In this document: in pieces, positions 17,781 through 28,705 of the stretch
Numbering within the stretch: position 1 is the first letter of the stretch
Layout: the number at the start of each line of letters is the position of its first letter
From: Candidatus Melainabacteria bacterium RIFCSPLOWO2_02_FULL_35_15
Lineage (GTDB): Bacteria > Cyanobacteriota > Vampirovibrionia > 2-02-FULL-35-15
Length of the DNA: 64,000 nt
NCBI GenBank assembly: GCA_001784585.1
Contig: MFRN01000043.1
Span: 80,966-144,965 of the forward strand
Direction of reading: 5' to 3'
Translations under genes and position numbers: made by a program
The notes under the pieces: generated by a model
Seen by the model: the letters and a program-made list of their open reading frames with translations, nothing else
Told to the model about the DNA's origin: nothing
Databases searched by the model: none

Positions 17781-18995
17781 TTAGCTTAAAATTTTACTTA
17801 CTACACCAGCTCCTACAGTTCTACCGCCTTCACGGATTGCAAATCTCATGCCTTCTTCAATTGCAACTGGCTGAATAAGTTCTACTTCCATGGCAATATT
17901 ATCTCCAGGCATTACCATTTCAACCCCGGCTGGAAGTATTACTGAACCGGTTACATCAGTAGTTCTGACATAAAACTGAGGTCTGTAACCCGGGAAAAAT
18001 GGAGTATGTCTGCCACCTTCTTCTTTGGTTAATATATAAACCTCAGCATTAAACTTTGTGTGAGGCTTTATGCTGCCTGGCTTTGCAATTACCTGACCGC
18101 GTTCAATACCTTCTTTTTCAATACCTCTTAAAAGCACACCTGCATTATCACCTGCTTGAATTTCATCAAGTGTTTTTCTGAACATTTCAAGGCCGGTTGC
18201 TATTGTCTTAGTAGTATCTTTAATACCAATAATTTCAATTTCTTCCTGTACTTTTAATTTACCTCTTTCTACACGACCGGTTGCAACTGTTCCACGACCG
18301 GTAATAGAAAAGACATCTTCAACTGCCATAAGAAATGGTTTGTCTACATCTCTTTGCGGGGTTGGTATGGATTTATCTATAACATCCATAAGTTCATGAA
18401 TACAGTCTACATCTTTATTTTCACCTTTTTTTATTGCAGGGTTTTTTAGCAAAGCTTCCATTGCTTTTAGAGCAGAGCCTTTAACAATGGGGATCTCAGC
18501 TCCTTTAAATCCATACTTTGTTAAAAGTTCTCTGGTTTCAACCTCAACAAGGTCAACTAACTCTTTGTCGTCAACCATATCTACTTTATTTAAAAAGACA
18601 ACAATATTTGGAACACCTACTTGTCTTGCCAATAAAATATGTTCTCTAGTCTGTGGCATAGGACCATCTGCAGCAGAAATAACCAGGATTGCTCCGTCCA
18701 TCTGTGCTGCACCTGTAATCATATTTTTAATATAGTCAGCATGCCCTGGGCAGTCTACGTGTGCATAGTGTCTGCTTTTTGTTTCATATTCCTGGTGAGA
18801 TGTGTTTATAGTAATCCCACGTGCTTTTTCTTCCGGCGCTGAATCAATTTCATCGTATTTTCTTGGTTTGGCAAGTCCTTCAGCAGCTAGTGCCATTGTT
18901 ATAGCTGCAGTTAAAGTTGTCTTACCATGATCTACGTGTCCAATTGTTCCAATATTTACATTTGGTTTTGTTCTTTCAAACTTTTGCCTTGCCAT
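17781..18995 (-). CDS. tuf: Elongation factor Tu
   Basis: [18 protein letters not shown] and NKVD GTPase motifs. 404 aa. Confidence 0.98.
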   Translation of the reverse strand: MARQKFERTKPNVNIGTIGHVDHGKTTLTAAITMALAAEGLAKPRKYDEIDSAPEEKARGITINTSHQEYETKSRHYAHVDCPGHADYIKNMITGAAQMDGAILVISAADGPMPQTREHILLARQVGVPNIVVFLNKVDMVDDKELVDLVEVETRELLTKYGFKGAEIPIVKGSALKAMEALLKNPAIKKGENKDVDCIHELMDVIDKSIPTPQRDVDKPFLMAVEDVFSITGRGTVATGRVERGKLKVQEEIEIIGIKDTTKTIATGLEMFRKTLDEIQAGDNAGVLLRGIEKEGIERGQVIAKPGSIKPHTKFNAEVYILTKEEGGRHTPFFPGYRPQFYVRTTDVTGSVILPAGVEMVMPGDNIAMEVELIQPVAIEEGMRFAIREGGRTVGAGVVSKILS

Positions 18996-19333
18996 TTTAG
19001 TTGACTCCTTAATTAAAAAATCTATTGCTAAATCGAGCTTTAATATTCTACACTAGAAAATAATTCCTTGAAAAGGTCTTTTGTTTTAAATATACTGAAG
19101 ATAGGTTTTAGAAAGTATCTATTGAGTAGTTTGTCCTAGTCTATAAGGATGAATCAGAAATACAACATAAAAAAACCCTCCTGGAATTAGACATAAATAC
19201 TATTTTAAGTGTTTAAAAAGGTGAATTTTGAAGTATATTATGGACAGGGTTGGCTCTAGGAGCCAAGCTATCCGTCATAATACTATGTTAAGATCAGCTA
19301 CTTAGCAAAGCTAACAAGTAAAAGGGAAATAGT

Positions 19334-21385
19334 TTGCAAAAGAATAGATGTGTTTATAAAGCATGCTCCAGGCATATTAGCTTGCTGTTTTCTTTTTTGG
19401 TTTTATTTAATTTTATTCTTCCTGCTTCTGCACAATCCGGGTTTTCAAACATAGGTTCGTTTTTTAATAAAAACAAGCATCAGCAAAACCAGGAAAGCAA
19501 TTTTGATAATGCACTTACTATAAAAGAAATACTAATTGAGGGTAATAGATTAATCTCTGAAGAGAGTATTTTGGATGTAATTAATTCTAAAGTTGGTATT
19601 AAATTTGATAAGGATAATGTTCTGAAAGATCTTGAAGCAATTGACAAACTTGGATATTTTGTTCATGACAGTATTCAAGCTAATCCAGAACAGACTGAAG
19701 AAGGTATTTTGCTTAAGATAAGAATTGAGGAAAATAATCCAATTTCAAGTGTGCAGATTATAGGAAACAGCTTAGTAAGCACTGACGAGCTTTTGTTAAT
19801 ATCTCAGGATTTGGTCGGAAAACCTGAAAGCCTTATAAAAATTTCAGAAGTTTTAGATCGGATAGAAAAAAAATATCAAGAAAGAGGTTTTATTCTTGCC
19901 AGGGTAACTGATATAGGACTGGATCCTGACGGAACCCTGACCATTAAGCTGAATGAAGGAGTCATAGACAAAGTAGTAATTAAAGGAAATACAAAGACAA
20001 AAGAAAAGTATATAAAAAGATTTTTGCCAGATCTGCTTCCAAATGAACCTTATAATGAAATTTTACTTGTTCAGGATTTTAGAGCTCTTCAGGGAACCGG
20101 ACTCTTTGAAGATATTAAACGAAATTTAACTCCTTCAAAAGAAAATCCGGATAAGTATGACCTGAATATTGAGCTTGAAGAAAAAAGAAGCAGCTCATTT
20201 GGATTTGGAGGGGGGGTAAACACATTAAACGGGGTCTTTGCAAATCTTGGATACAGCAACAGTAATCTTTTCGGAGAAGGTAAACAGGCATCTTTTAATA
20301 CACAGTTTGGAACAGGAATTTTAGCTAACACTTTTGTAGATCAAAGATTTTTGGCTGATCGTAAAACTATTCAAGTAGAAGCAAAATACTCAGATCCAAA
20401 TTTTTTAAATACAAAAAATTCAGTAACACTTTTTACACATGGTTATACATTTAATAGTTATCTGGTAGATTTGGCTCAGGAAAAAAATATTGGATTAGGT
20501 GCATCCATTACAAGGCCGCTTGGAATGAATTTGTTTGGTGGGCTGGATTTGAGTGGTGAAGCAGTTCAGATAAAAGAGTTTGGTTCTAGTGCTACAGACT
20601 TTTTAACAGAACAGCTGGTTAATATTGGTGGTGGAAAGTTTATTAATGATTTTACTGAAAAGGGCGTATTTAAACCCGGGCAAACTTTTAGTGAGCATGA
20701 AGATGCCATTAAAAAAGCAGCAGCAGCAGATACAGCTAAATTAATCAGAGAAGAACAGCTAAAAGGCGGAAAATATTTAAACTTTAATCCATCACTTGCA
20801 TTTGATACACGCGATAATCCTCTAAATCCAAGAAATGGCTGGAATAATAAGGTAAATATTGGACAGGGAATAGGAATCGGAAATGATAGCTTTACTAAGC
20901 TTGGAATTGATTTAAGAAGATATATACCAATTGGCCAAAAAACTACACTTGCATTTAATTTACAGGGTGCTTCAAAATTAATAGGAGACCTGCCCATGTA
21001 CAATCAGTTTAAAGCAGGTGGTTATTATGGTGTAAGAGGTTACAGGCCTTTTTCTGATTTAGGAATAGGTTCAAGAAGTTTACTGGCATCTCTTGAAGTC
21101 AGAACACCACTGTTAGATACAATACCAGGGATTCAAAAAACACCTCTTGGAAAAGATTTAAGATTAGTATTTTTTGGTGACTTTGGCTACGTCGGTGGTA
21201 ACAATAAAATCAACCGCTTATTTAACAGACTTGATACAGCAGCTTCAGCAGGTATTGGAATCAGAGCAAACATACCTATGTTAGGTGCCATTAGAATTGA
21301 TTATGGTATACCATTCATTAAGTCCTTATGGAATAATAAAAACATCTTAGGCAGATTTAATTTTGGGTTTAGTGACAGATTTTAA
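19334..21385 (+). CDS. bamA: Omp85/BamA-family outer membrane protein assembly factor (POTRA domains plus beta-barrel)
   Basis: Signal peptide. POTRA-like repeats. The C-terminal beta-barrel ends in an aromatic residue (..NFGFSDRF), typical of OMPs. Followed by skp and lpxD. Confidence 0.85.
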   Translation: MQKNRCVYKACSRHISLLFSFLVLFNFILPASAQSGFSNIGSFFNKNKHQQNQESNFDNALTIKEILIEGNRLISEESILDVINSKVGIKFDKDNVLKDLEAIDKLGYFVHDSIQANPEQTEEGILLKIRIEENNPISSVQIIGNSLVSTDELLLISQDLVGKPESLIKISEVLDRIEKKYQERGFILARVTDIGLDPDGTLTIKLNEGVIDKVVIKGNTKTKEKYIKRFLPDLLPNEPYNEILLVQDFRALQGTGLFEDIKRNLTPSKENPDKYDLNIELEEKRSSSFGFGGGVNTLNGVFANLGYSNSNLFGEGKQASFNTQFGTGILANTFVDQRFLADRKTIQVEAKYSDPNFLNTKNSVTLFTHGYTFNSYLVDLAQEKNIGLGASITRPLGMNLFGGLDLSGEAVQIKEFGSSATDFLTEQLVNIGGGKFINDFTEKGVFKPGQTFSEHEDAIKKAAAADTAKLIREEQLKGGKYLNFNPSLAFDTRDNPLNPRNGWNNKVNIGQGIGIGNDSFTKLGIDLRRYIPIGQKTTLAFNLQGASKLIGDLPMYNQFKAGGYYGVRGYRPFSDLGIGSRSLLASLEVRTPLLDTIPGIQKTPLGKDLRLVFFGDFGYVGGNNKINRLFNRLDTAASAGIGIRANIPMLGAIRIDYGIPFIKSLWNNKNILGRFNFGFSDRF

Positions 21386-21434
21386 TAATTTTAGGTTAAT
21401 ATTAATAAGGAAATCTTAAGAGGAGATATTAAAA

Positions 21435-21950
21435 ATGTATAGAATTTTACTTTTAGTTCTTGTGTTAGGTATTAGTTTTTGGCCTGTCAGTTCTTATGCT
21501 GAAGGAAGCTCAAAAATTGGTGTTGTAGACGGAGAAAAGCTTTTTGATGAATATCCAAATGCTCAGGAAGCGACTAAAAAAATTGCAGATGCTCAGGATG
21601 AGCTAAAAGAAGCTATTTCTGAGTCAGAAAGAATTTATACTGAATTTGAAAAACAAAAAAAATCAGAAGCTGAAAAATTAACCAAACAAAAAGAACTTCA
21701 GGCAAAAATTGATACAAAAGCAAAAGATACAAAAAAAATGATTGAGAGTCTGTCCGGTAAGATCGAACAGGATATTTTACAGTCTATAAAAACTGTAGCC
21801 GGTGAAAAGGGACTTGATGTAGTCTTTGATAAGAGAGCAGTATTGCATGGCGGTACAGATGTCACACAGCCGGTTTTGGAAGTTTTAAAGAAAAAGGTTC
21901 CAATTGCCAATCAGCCTGAAAATAAAAAAGACACTAAAGGTACAAATTAA
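21435..21950 (+). CDS. skp: Skp/OmpH-family periplasmic chaperone
   Basis: Signal peptide and coiled-coil-rich ~170 aa (KIGVVDGEKLFDEYPNAQEATKKI..). Sits in the canonical position between bamA and lpxD. Confidence 0.7.
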   Translation: MYRILLLVLVLGISFWPVSSYAEGSSKIGVVDGEKLFDEYPNAQEATKKIADAQDELKEAISESERIYTEFEKQKKSEAEKLTKQKELQAKIDTKAKDTKKMIESLSGKIEQDILQSIKTVAGEKGLDVVFDKRAVLHGGTDVTQPVLEVLKKKVPIANQPENKKDTKGTN

Positions 21951-21953
21951 AAA

Positions 21954-23033
21954 ATGCCCCGGGTCCTGACAAAGAAATTAAGTGAAATTGCAAAAACGAT
22001 TGACGGTGAAGTTAGTAATCCGGTTCATTTAGATCTTCAAATTACAAATCTGGCTGTATCTCCTGAACATTCCACCCAAAACGATCTTGCCCTTGTTTTT
22101 GATCAAAAATATATTAAAAATATTACAGGCATAAAAGCAAAAGCAATTGTGCTGCCTGATTCAGTTAAGAGCCAAATCCCGTCTTTGGATGTTCCCATTA
22201 TATGGGTTAAAAGACCAAGAATTGTTTTAAAAAAACTTTTAGATATTTTTAATACTAAAAAGTTTAAAGAGGAGATTCATCCGGCTGCTGTTATTGATCC
22301 ATCCAGCAAGATTGATAAAACGTGTGTAATCGGTGCAAATGTTTTTATCGGTGCACATGTTTCTATCGGAAAAAATTGTTTAATATACCCAAATGTTACT
22401 ATTTTAGATAATTCGGAGATTGGAAATAATGTTACTCTTCATCCCGGATGTGTTATAGGTTCAGATGGATACAGTTATGTGACAGAAGAAGAAAGCAATT
22501 TAGAAAAAGCCAGGAAAGGAGATTTTAATTTTAAGACGGAAAGACAAATACAACACAAGATCCAATCAATTGGAAATGTAGTCATAGAAGATGATGTAGA
22601 AATCGGTGCAAACACTTGTATCGATCGCGGAACTATTGGTTCTACGGTTATCGGAGCTGGCACAAAGATAGATAATCTGGTTCAGATAGCACATAATTGT
22701 AAAATTGGAAAAGATTGTTTAATAGTAGGTCAGGCAGGTTTTGCAGGAAGTGTAAGTATAGGTGACAGAGTAGTAGCAGGTGGTCAGGCAGGTTTTGCAG
22801 ATAATATAAATATTGGCTCTGATGTGATTTTTCTGGCTAAAGCTGGTGTTCATGGTGAGATACCTTCAAATAGTGTTTATATGGGAATGCCTGCTGTACC
22901 TTATCAGGAATATTTTAAAAATGAAAAAGCAATGCGAAGACTTCCAAAGAAGCAGGAAAAATTAGAAGAACAGGTTAAACAATTAGAAATTAAAATCAAA
23001 GAACTGGAAGAAAGATTACGTATAGGGGTATGA
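21954..23033 (+). CDS. lpxD: UDP-3-O-acylglucosamine N-acyltransferase
   Basis: Left-handed beta-helix hexapeptide repeats throughout the C-terminal two thirds. LpxD-like N-terminal domain. Downstream of skp. Confidence 0.9.
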   Translation: MPRVLTKKLSEIAKTIDGEVSNPVHLDLQITNLAVSPEHSTQNDLALVFDQKYIKNITGIKAKAIVLPDSVKSQIPSLDVPIIWVKRPRIVLKKLLDIFNTKKFKEEIHPAAVIDPSSKIDKTCVIGANVFIGAHVSIGKNCLIYPNVTILDNSEIGNNVTLHPGCVIGSDGYSYVTEEESNLEKARKGDFNFKTERQIQHKIQSIGNVVIEDDVEIGANTCIDRGTIGSTVIGAGTKIDNLVQIAHNCKIGKDCLIVGQAGFAGSVSIGDRVVAGGQAGFADNINIGSDVIFLAKAGVHGEIPSNSVYMGMPAVPYQEYFKNEKAMRRLPKKQEKLEEQVKQLEIKIKELEERLRIGV

Positions 23034-24148
23034 AGATAGCTGTTGTTGTAGGTACCCGCCCTGAAGTTATTAAACTTGCTCCTGTATATCTTGAATTAAA
23101 AAAATCTAAAAAATTAAAACCAGTATTAATCAGCACTGGTCAACACAAAGAAATGGTAAATGAGATGTTTCAGTGGTTTGGTATTAAAGAAGATCACAAT
23201 TTAAAACTAATGCAAAAAAATCAATCTTTGCAATGCATTACTGCAAGAGTAATTGAAGCTACTTATAATTTATTTTCAAAAATTAAACCGGACTTAGTAA
23301 TGGTAGAAGGCGATACTGTATCAGTAATGGCAGCAGGCCTGGCTGCCTTTTATTTAAAGATTCCTTTAGCTCATGTAGAAGCAGGTTTAAGAACAAATAA
23401 TATTTATAATCCATTTCCTGAAGAAATGGCCAGGAGAATAGTCTCGCAGCTTACCAATATTCATTTTGCACCTACGAAGCAGGCTGTTATAAATTTGAGA
23501 AAAGAAAACATTAAAAAAAATGTTTATCTGGCAGGAAATACGGTGATTGATTCTTTGATGTATACGGTTAGGAAAATTAAAAATTCCGCAAAGACATTGC
23601 ATGCCACATCCCTGCGTCCTGATTTTAAAAAATATCGGATTATTCTGGTTACAATGCACCGCAGGGAAAATTTCGGAAAAGCCCATAAAAACATTGCAAA
23701 AACTTTAATTAAAATTTTAAATAAATTTCCGGATACTGCCATTCTTTTACCGCTTCATAAAAATCCAAAAGTCAGAGATGTAATAAGGCCTATTTTAAAA
23801 AATCATAAAAGAGTTTTTTTAACCGGGCCACTGGGTTATGTACCGTTTGTGTATGCTATGAAAAACAGCTATTTAATTTTGACTGATTCTGGTGGAGTAC
23901 AGGAAGAGGCTCCAAGTCTTGGAAAACCAGCTCTGGTGCTGCGTACCACTACTGAGCGTCCGGAGGGAATAAAAGCAGGTTCAGCAAAACTGGTAGGAAT
24001 AGATTCAAAAAAAATATTTAATGAAACTTCGAAACTTTTAACAGATAAAAAAGCCTACAATAAAATGTCAAAGATAAAAAATCCTTATGGGGACGGGAGA
24101 GCGAGTAAGAGAATTGTTAAAATATTAAGTAATTTATTTGTTTCTTAA
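23030..24148 (+). CDS. wecB: UDP-N-acetylglucosamine 2-epimerase (non-hydrolysing)
   Basis: [20 protein letters not shown]-terminus, ..HVEAGLRT.. and C-terminal [15 protein letters not shown] motifs. Confidence 0.9.
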   Translation: MKIAVVVGTRPEVIKLAPVYLELKKSKKLKPVLISTGQHKEMVNEMFQWFGIKEDHNLKLMQKNQSLQCITARVIEATYNLFSKIKPDLVMVEGDTVSVMAAGLAAFYLKIPLAHVEAGLRTNNIYNPFPEEMARRIVSQLTNIHFAPTKQAVINLRKENIKKNVYLAGNTVIDSLMYTVRKIKNSAKTLHATSLRPDFKKYRIILVTMHRRENFGKAHKNIAKTLIKILNKFPDTAILLPLHKNPKVRDVIRPILKNHKRVFLTGPLGYVPFVYAMKNSYLILTDSGGVQEEAPSLGKPALVLRTTTERPEGIKAGSAKLVGIDSKKIFNETSKLLTDKKAYNKMSKIKNPYGDGRASKRIVKILSNLFVS

Positions 24149-25456
24149 CTTTTCATACTTTATCTGTCTCTTTAATTCTATTTCTACTTTTCTTTGAACT
24201 TCATTCAAAGCTTCCTCGGGTGTTTTATTTAGTCTCACAACAGACTCAAATGCTCTTTTTAATTCCCTTCTGTAAAACTCATAAAATGTAGCTTGAGGAA
24301 AAAATACAGCATCTTTTGATCTGGCAAGATCTATAAATGTCTTTATGTAAGGATGAGGGTGTTTTTTTATAAACTCATCTCTGTCTGAATAGACAAGAGG
24401 AGAAAATTTGTACTGTCCTATGCAGAGTTCTTCAATATTTTCCGGCTTCATAAGCCAGCTTATAAATTCAAATGCTTCTTTAGGATGTTTAGATCCCCTT
24501 GGAATTAGAATGCAGTCTTCATCTACGATAGTTATTAATCTTCCGTCTTTTCCTGGCATTGGAGCTACTCCATATTTTAGATGTGGAGCGAAACGAGGAA
24601 TAAAATTCCCTTCCCAAACACCGTTTATTTCCAGTGCAATTTTTTCTGTGTAAAAAGGGTTGTTTGGCCCCTGATAATTTCCAAACTCTTCCTGAAAAAT
24701 CTGAATATTTTTCCCGCCAAGTTTTTTTATAAAGCTTTGTGTCCACTTCCACGCTTCAATGTTTTTAGGATTATTTGCGGTAATGGCTTTCCCATCAGTT
24801 GCTCCCCATTTACCACCAAACAATACCCCGTAAAATCCAAATGCCCATGAAGGCCAGCTCGGCAAGAAACCTATTCGGATAATTTTTCCGTTTTTATCTT
24901 TTTTAGTTAATCTTTCTGAAAATATTTCTAATTCTTTAAGTGTTCTTGGCGGTATTTCTGGATTTAAACCAGATTCTTTAAACAAATTTTTATTCCAGTA
25001 AAGTGCCACAGCTGAAGGTGTAGTAGGCAGAGCCCATGTGTGTCCATAAAGGTTTAGCATCTTCCAATATACTGGTATAAAAAGATCTTTGCTAATCATG
25101 TTTTCTTTGCAGTAAGTATCCAGTGGAATTATTGCTCCACGCGATGCTAACTCTGGTACCCATGCTGCAATTGAACTTATGACATCGGGAGGTGTTCCGC
25201 CTATTATAGATAGCAAAGTTTTTTTTCTGGGCTCCGAAACAGTTAACATTTTTATTTTTATATCTGAATGTGTTTCGTTAAATTTATCTACAAGTTTTTC
25301 TATGGCCTTTCCTTCAAAGCCTGTCCAGTATTGCCAGTAAGTAATTTCTGTAATTTTTCCTCCGCCTGTAGGGGCAGGATAAATCCTGCCCTGCTTTTGG
25401 TTCACAATACAGCCTGTAATAATTAATGCTATTAGTAAAATCAGAAATTTCTTCAT
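24134..25456 (-). CDS. ABC transporter substrate-binding lipoprotein (carbohydrate-type family 1 solute-binding protein)
   Basis: Lipoprotein signal (LIALIITGC). ~440 aa with the family-1 extracellular solute-binding pattern. Confidence 0.75.
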   Translation of the reverse strand: MKKFLILLIALIITGCIVNQKQGRIYPAPTGGGKITEITYWQYWTGFEGKAIEKLVDKFNETHSDIKIKMLTVSEPRKKTLLSIIGGTPPDVISSIAAWVPELASRGAIIPLDTYCKENMISKDLFIPVYWKMLNLYGHTWALPTTPSAVALYWNKNLFKESGLNPEIPPRTLKELEIFSERLTKKDKNGKIIRIGFLPSWPSWAFGFYGVLFGGKWGATDGKAITANNPKNIEAWKWTQSFIKKLGGKNIQIFQEEFGNYQGPNNPFYTEKIALEINGVWEGNFIPRFAPHLKYGVAPMPGKDGRLITIVDEDCILIPRGSKHPKEAFEFISWLMKPENIEELCIGQYKFSPLVYSDRDEFIKKHPHPYIKTFIDLARSKDAVFFPQATFYEFYRRELKRAFESVVRLNKTPEEALNEVQRKVEIELKRQIKYEKLRNK

Positions 25457-25457
25457 T

Positions 25458-27041
25458 TTAAATATTAGTAAATGTATTTAATCTAAACTGCAGAGCTTCC
25501 AGAATATGTTCATCCCTAATGATATCTGAATTTCCTAAATCAGCAATTGTTCTTGCTACTTTTAAAACCCGATCAAAACTTCTGGCTGTTAGTGAAAAGG
25601 TTTTAATGGCTTCTCTGAGGATAAGTTCTCCGTTTTTGTCAGTCTTACAGAAATATTTTATTTCTTTTGAGGACAAGTGTGAATTTGATGGAATGTTTAA
25701 TTTCTTATATCTGTTTAACTGAATTTTTCTTACTTTTAAAACCCTTTCTTTAACACTTTCTGAATTTTCTGAGCTTTTAGTGCTCATTATTTCATTTTCA
25801 TTAAGACGTTTTACTTCTATTTGTAAATCTATTCTGTCTATTATGGGTCCTGAGATTTTGCCCTGATATTTTTTTATATTATTTAAATTACATTTGCATT
25901 TTTTAATATTATCTCCAAAATATCCGCATGGACACGGGTTACATGCAGCTATCAAAGTAAAATCACAGGGAAAAGTACAGCTTTTTCTGGAACGGGATAT
26001 TGTAACTTCTTTGGCTTCAATGGCTTGTCTTAAACTATCTAAAACCTGTTTTGGAAATTCCGTAAACTCATCCAAAAATAAAATTCCATTATGAGCCAGT
26101 GATATTTCTCCAGGCTGAGGAATTGATCCTCCTCCTATTAATCCTGCAGGGCTTATATTGTGATGCGGAGAGCGAAAAGGTCTCAGGGAAACTAAACTGT
26201 TTTCTTTATTTAATTTTCCTGCAGCAGAGTAAACTTGTGTGGTTTCAATTTTTTCTTCATAAGCCAGCGGTGGAAGTATTGTAGTAAGTCTCTGAGCCAG
26301 CATAGACTTCCCGCTGCCAGGCGGTCCGATCATTAGAACATGATGCTGTCCACCTGCAGAAATTTCCAAAGCTCTTTTAGCTAATGCCTGACCCTTTACA
26401 TCGCTAAAGTCAATGCTCAACTTGTTTATATTTTTTGTATCAGATAAAGTTGTATTTTTAAACGGGGAAATGTTTTTAAGATTATTTATTACATTTATAG
26501 CTTCTGCTAAATCAGATACAGGATAAATGTTAATCTCTTCTATTAATGATGCTTCAAGTGAATTATCTTTTGGAATAATTATGCCTTTTGCGCCTTTCTT
26601 TTTTGCAAGTATTACAAATGAAAGAACACCGTTTATTGGTCTGACCTTTCCGGAAAGTCCCAGTTCGCCAACCACATATAAACTTTCCAGATTTGTTTTA
26701 TTTATAACTTCAGGTTCATAACAGGTGAGTATTCCAATTGCAATTGGCAGATCATAAGTAGGCCCTGCTTTTTTTGTATCTGCAGGGGCAAGATTTACTA
26801 CAATTTTTTTACTTGGAAATTCCAACCCGCTTGATCTTATGGCAGATCTGACTCTTTCTCTTGATTCATTTATGGCTGTATCAGGAAGCCCTACTAAAAT
26901 AAAATTTGGCAGTCCACCTGCAATATCTGTTTCAATTTCTACAGCATATCCATTTACACCGATAAGTCCGCAAGAACTAATTTTTGCAAATGAGCTTTTT
27001 GTATCTGTTTCTATAATTTCAATTTCTTGCGTTGCAGTCAT
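25458..27041 (-). CDS. comM: YifB/ComM-family Mg-chelatase-like AAA+ ATPase
   Basis: Lon-like N-terminal domain. Walker A (GPPGSGKSM). MCM/ChlI-like C-terminal domain. Confidence 0.9.
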   Translation of the reverse strand: MTATQEIEIIETDTKSSFAKISSCGLIGVNGYAVEIETDIAGGLPNFILVGLPDTAINESRERVRSAIRSSGLEFPSKKIVVNLAPADTKKAGPTYDLPIAIGILTCYEPEVINKTNLESLYVVGELGLSGKVRPINGVLSFVILAKKKGAKGIIIPKDNSLEASLIEEINIYPVSDLAEAINVINNLKNISPFKNTTLSDTKNINKLSIDFSDVKGQALAKRALEISAGGQHHVLMIGPPGSGKSMLAQRLTTILPPLAYEEKIETTQVYSAAGKLNKENSLVSLRPFRSPHHNISPAGLIGGGSIPQPGEISLAHNGILFLDEFTEFPKQVLDSLRQAIEAKEVTISRSRKSCTFPCDFTLIAACNPCPCGYFGDNIKKCKCNLNNIKKYQGKISGPIIDRIDLQIEVKRLNENEIMSTKSSENSESVKERVLKVRKIQLNRYKKLNIPSNSHLSSKEIKYFCKTDKNGELILREAIKTFSLTARSFDRVLKVARTIADLGNSDIIRDEHILEALQFRLNTFTNI

Positions 27042-27073
27042 TTAGATTATTTAATCATCAAGGTGATTAAATT

Positions 27074-27143
27074 CATGTAACCTACGGTTACATGAAAAGA
27101 TTAAATTTTTCTCATATTCGTGAGATGTAACCTGGGGTTACAT
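27074..27143. promoter_or_regulatory. Two operator-like palindromes, ATGTAACC-N3-GGTTACAT, centred ~50 bp apart, upstream of comM
   Basis: catgtaacc-tac-ggttacatg at 27074-27094 and atgtaacc-tgg-ggttacat at 27125-27143, read directly. Confidence 0.4.
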
Positions 27144-27171
27144 GTAGAGACTTACCTCGGCAAGTCTCTAC
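27144..27171. repeat. GTAGAGACTT-N8-AAGTCTCTAC hairpin/palindrome at the 3' end of cdd
   Basis: Perfect 10-bp arms. Shares the GTAGAGAC arm sequence with the palindromes at 5217, 32887 and 33036. Confidence 0.4.
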
Positions 27172-28049
27172 AATTTAAACGCCCATGGCAAAAGCTCTTC
27201 GATAGTCGTTATGCCCATATTGTCAATAATAATTTTTGTTTTTGGATCACAATAATCCGATATTAACTGAAGTGCATCACCAGGTGGATATTTTACAAAT
27301 GGAAATGCAAATATAATAGCTTTAATCTTATTCTTTAAATTTTTTATCGAGCCGCTTGCCGTGTATGCTCCAAAGACAGCTTTTAACGGTTCTGCAGAGC
27401 ATCCAAATGAGCTGCTGTCTAAAGTACATGCTGAATATTTTTCATTTGTATTTTCTGTAAGCATTGCAATACCATATTTTTCTTTTGAATATGGTACATG
27501 AGCATGGTGAAGAGCAGCTCTGGCTAAATCCAAAGTATCCATTTCTTCTATGGTTAAAGTTTTCAGTTTATTTTGATCAAGCAATGGATGTGGTAACAAT
27601 TCTTTTGGTGTAAAAGTCCTTTCATGTCCGTCAAGTAAAATAATTCCCTTTGTATCTAGTTTTTGAGAAATAACTTCTCTGCATGCACCGCAGGGAGTCA
27701 AAAAATTAAGCTCTGCTTTATCTGTCTGTTTTTCAAGTGCTTTTGGAGCACTGATCGCAAGTGCAATAAATTTTTTATAGCCGGCTGAAATACCATTAAA
27801 GATTGCATTCCTTTCAGCACAGATACTTTGTGAAACAGTTGGTTCTACATTTGTACCTGAGAAAATTTTTGGTTTTTTGCTCTGGTCAATACCCACCACG
27901 ACAGCTCCTACAGGAAAATGGCTGTATGGAGACCACGAATTTGCTGATACCTCTTTTGCTAAGTATTTTAAGTTATCAAATGACAAATTTGAGCTATTTA
28001 ATATCTCTTCGATTTCTTTGTATGAATTTATAATTCCCTCTGGTGTCAT
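27168..28049 (-). CDS. cdd: Cytidine deaminase (two-domain, Cdd type)
   Basis: Zinc-binding CAERNAI and PCGACRE motifs. ~293 aa, like the homodimeric two-domain Cdd. Confidence 0.8.
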   Translation of the reverse strand: MTPEGIINSYKEIEEILNSSNLSFDNLKYLAKEVSANSWSPYSHFPVGAVVVGIDQSKKPKIFSGTNVEPTVSQSICAERNAIFNGISAGYKKFIALAISAPKALEKQTDKAELNFLTPCGACREVISQKLDTKGIILLDGHERTFTPKELLPHPLLDQNKLKTLTIEEMDTLDLARAALHHAHVPYSKEKYGIAMLTENTNEKYSACTLDSSSFGCSAEPLKAVFGAYTASGSIKNLKNKIKAIIFAFPFVKYPPGDALQLISDYCDPKTKIIIDNMGITTIEELLPWAFKL

Positions 28050-28108
28050 TATCTGTTAAAATCCTTTTGTTATAAGTTAACATAGAGAAGTAAAAAATAC
28101 AGATTCAA

Positions 28109-28672
28109 ATGATATCTTCTAATGATTTTAGAACAGGTCAAACAATTCTCTGGAATAACGGTATCTGGACAGTTATTGAATTCCTGCATGTAAAGCCTGG
28201 CAAAGGAGCTGCATTTGTCCGGGCCAAACTTAAAAATGTGGAAAAGGGTAATGTCATCGAAACTACTTTTAGAGGTGGTGAAAAGGTTCCGGTTGCAAAT
28301 GTAGAAAAGCGTGAAATGCAATATCTTTTTAAGACCGGCGATAGAATCACATTTATGGATAATCAGACCTATGAGCAGTTAGAAGTAGGAGAAAGTCAGA
28401 TTGGTGAACCGGTTAAATTTTTAAAAGAAGGCACAAATGTTATGGTCGTATTCTTTGATGAAAAGATTATAGGAATTGATCTTCCTGCACATGTTGAACT
28501 TAAAGTTGCAGAAACACCTCCCGGTGTTCGCGGTGATACTGCTGCAGGAAACAATAAACCTGCTACACTTGAAACAGGTGCTCAGGTTCAGGTACCGTTC
28601 TTTGTTAATATTGGCGATATTGTCAGAATCGATACCAGGACTAACCAATATATCGATCGGGTAAAGGCATGA
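28109..28672 (+). CDS. efp: Elongation factor P
   Basis: MISSNDFRTGQTI.. and KPGKGAAFVRAKLKN (site of the conserved modified Lys). 187 aa. Confidence 0.95.
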   Translation: MISSNDFRTGQTILWNNGIWTVIEFLHVKPGKGAAFVRAKLKNVEKGNVIETTFRGGEKVPVANVEKREMQYLFKTGDRITFMDNQTYEQLEVGESQIGEPVKFLKEGTNVMVVFFDEKIIGIDLPAHVELKVAETPPGVRGDTAAGNNKPATLETGAQVQVPFFVNIGDIVRIDTRTNQYIDRVKA

Positions 28673-28705
28673 AATGGAGGCAGCTTGTCTGGAGCGAAAT
28701 AAAAA
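28673..28705 (+). promoter_or_regulatory. SD-hairpin-AUG leader module (shortened copy: GGAGG, CAG-CTTGT-CTGGAGC, GAAATAAAAA, ATG) upstream of accB
   Basis: Read directly. Same conserved CAGCTTGTCTG core as the other three copies. Confidence 0.45.
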
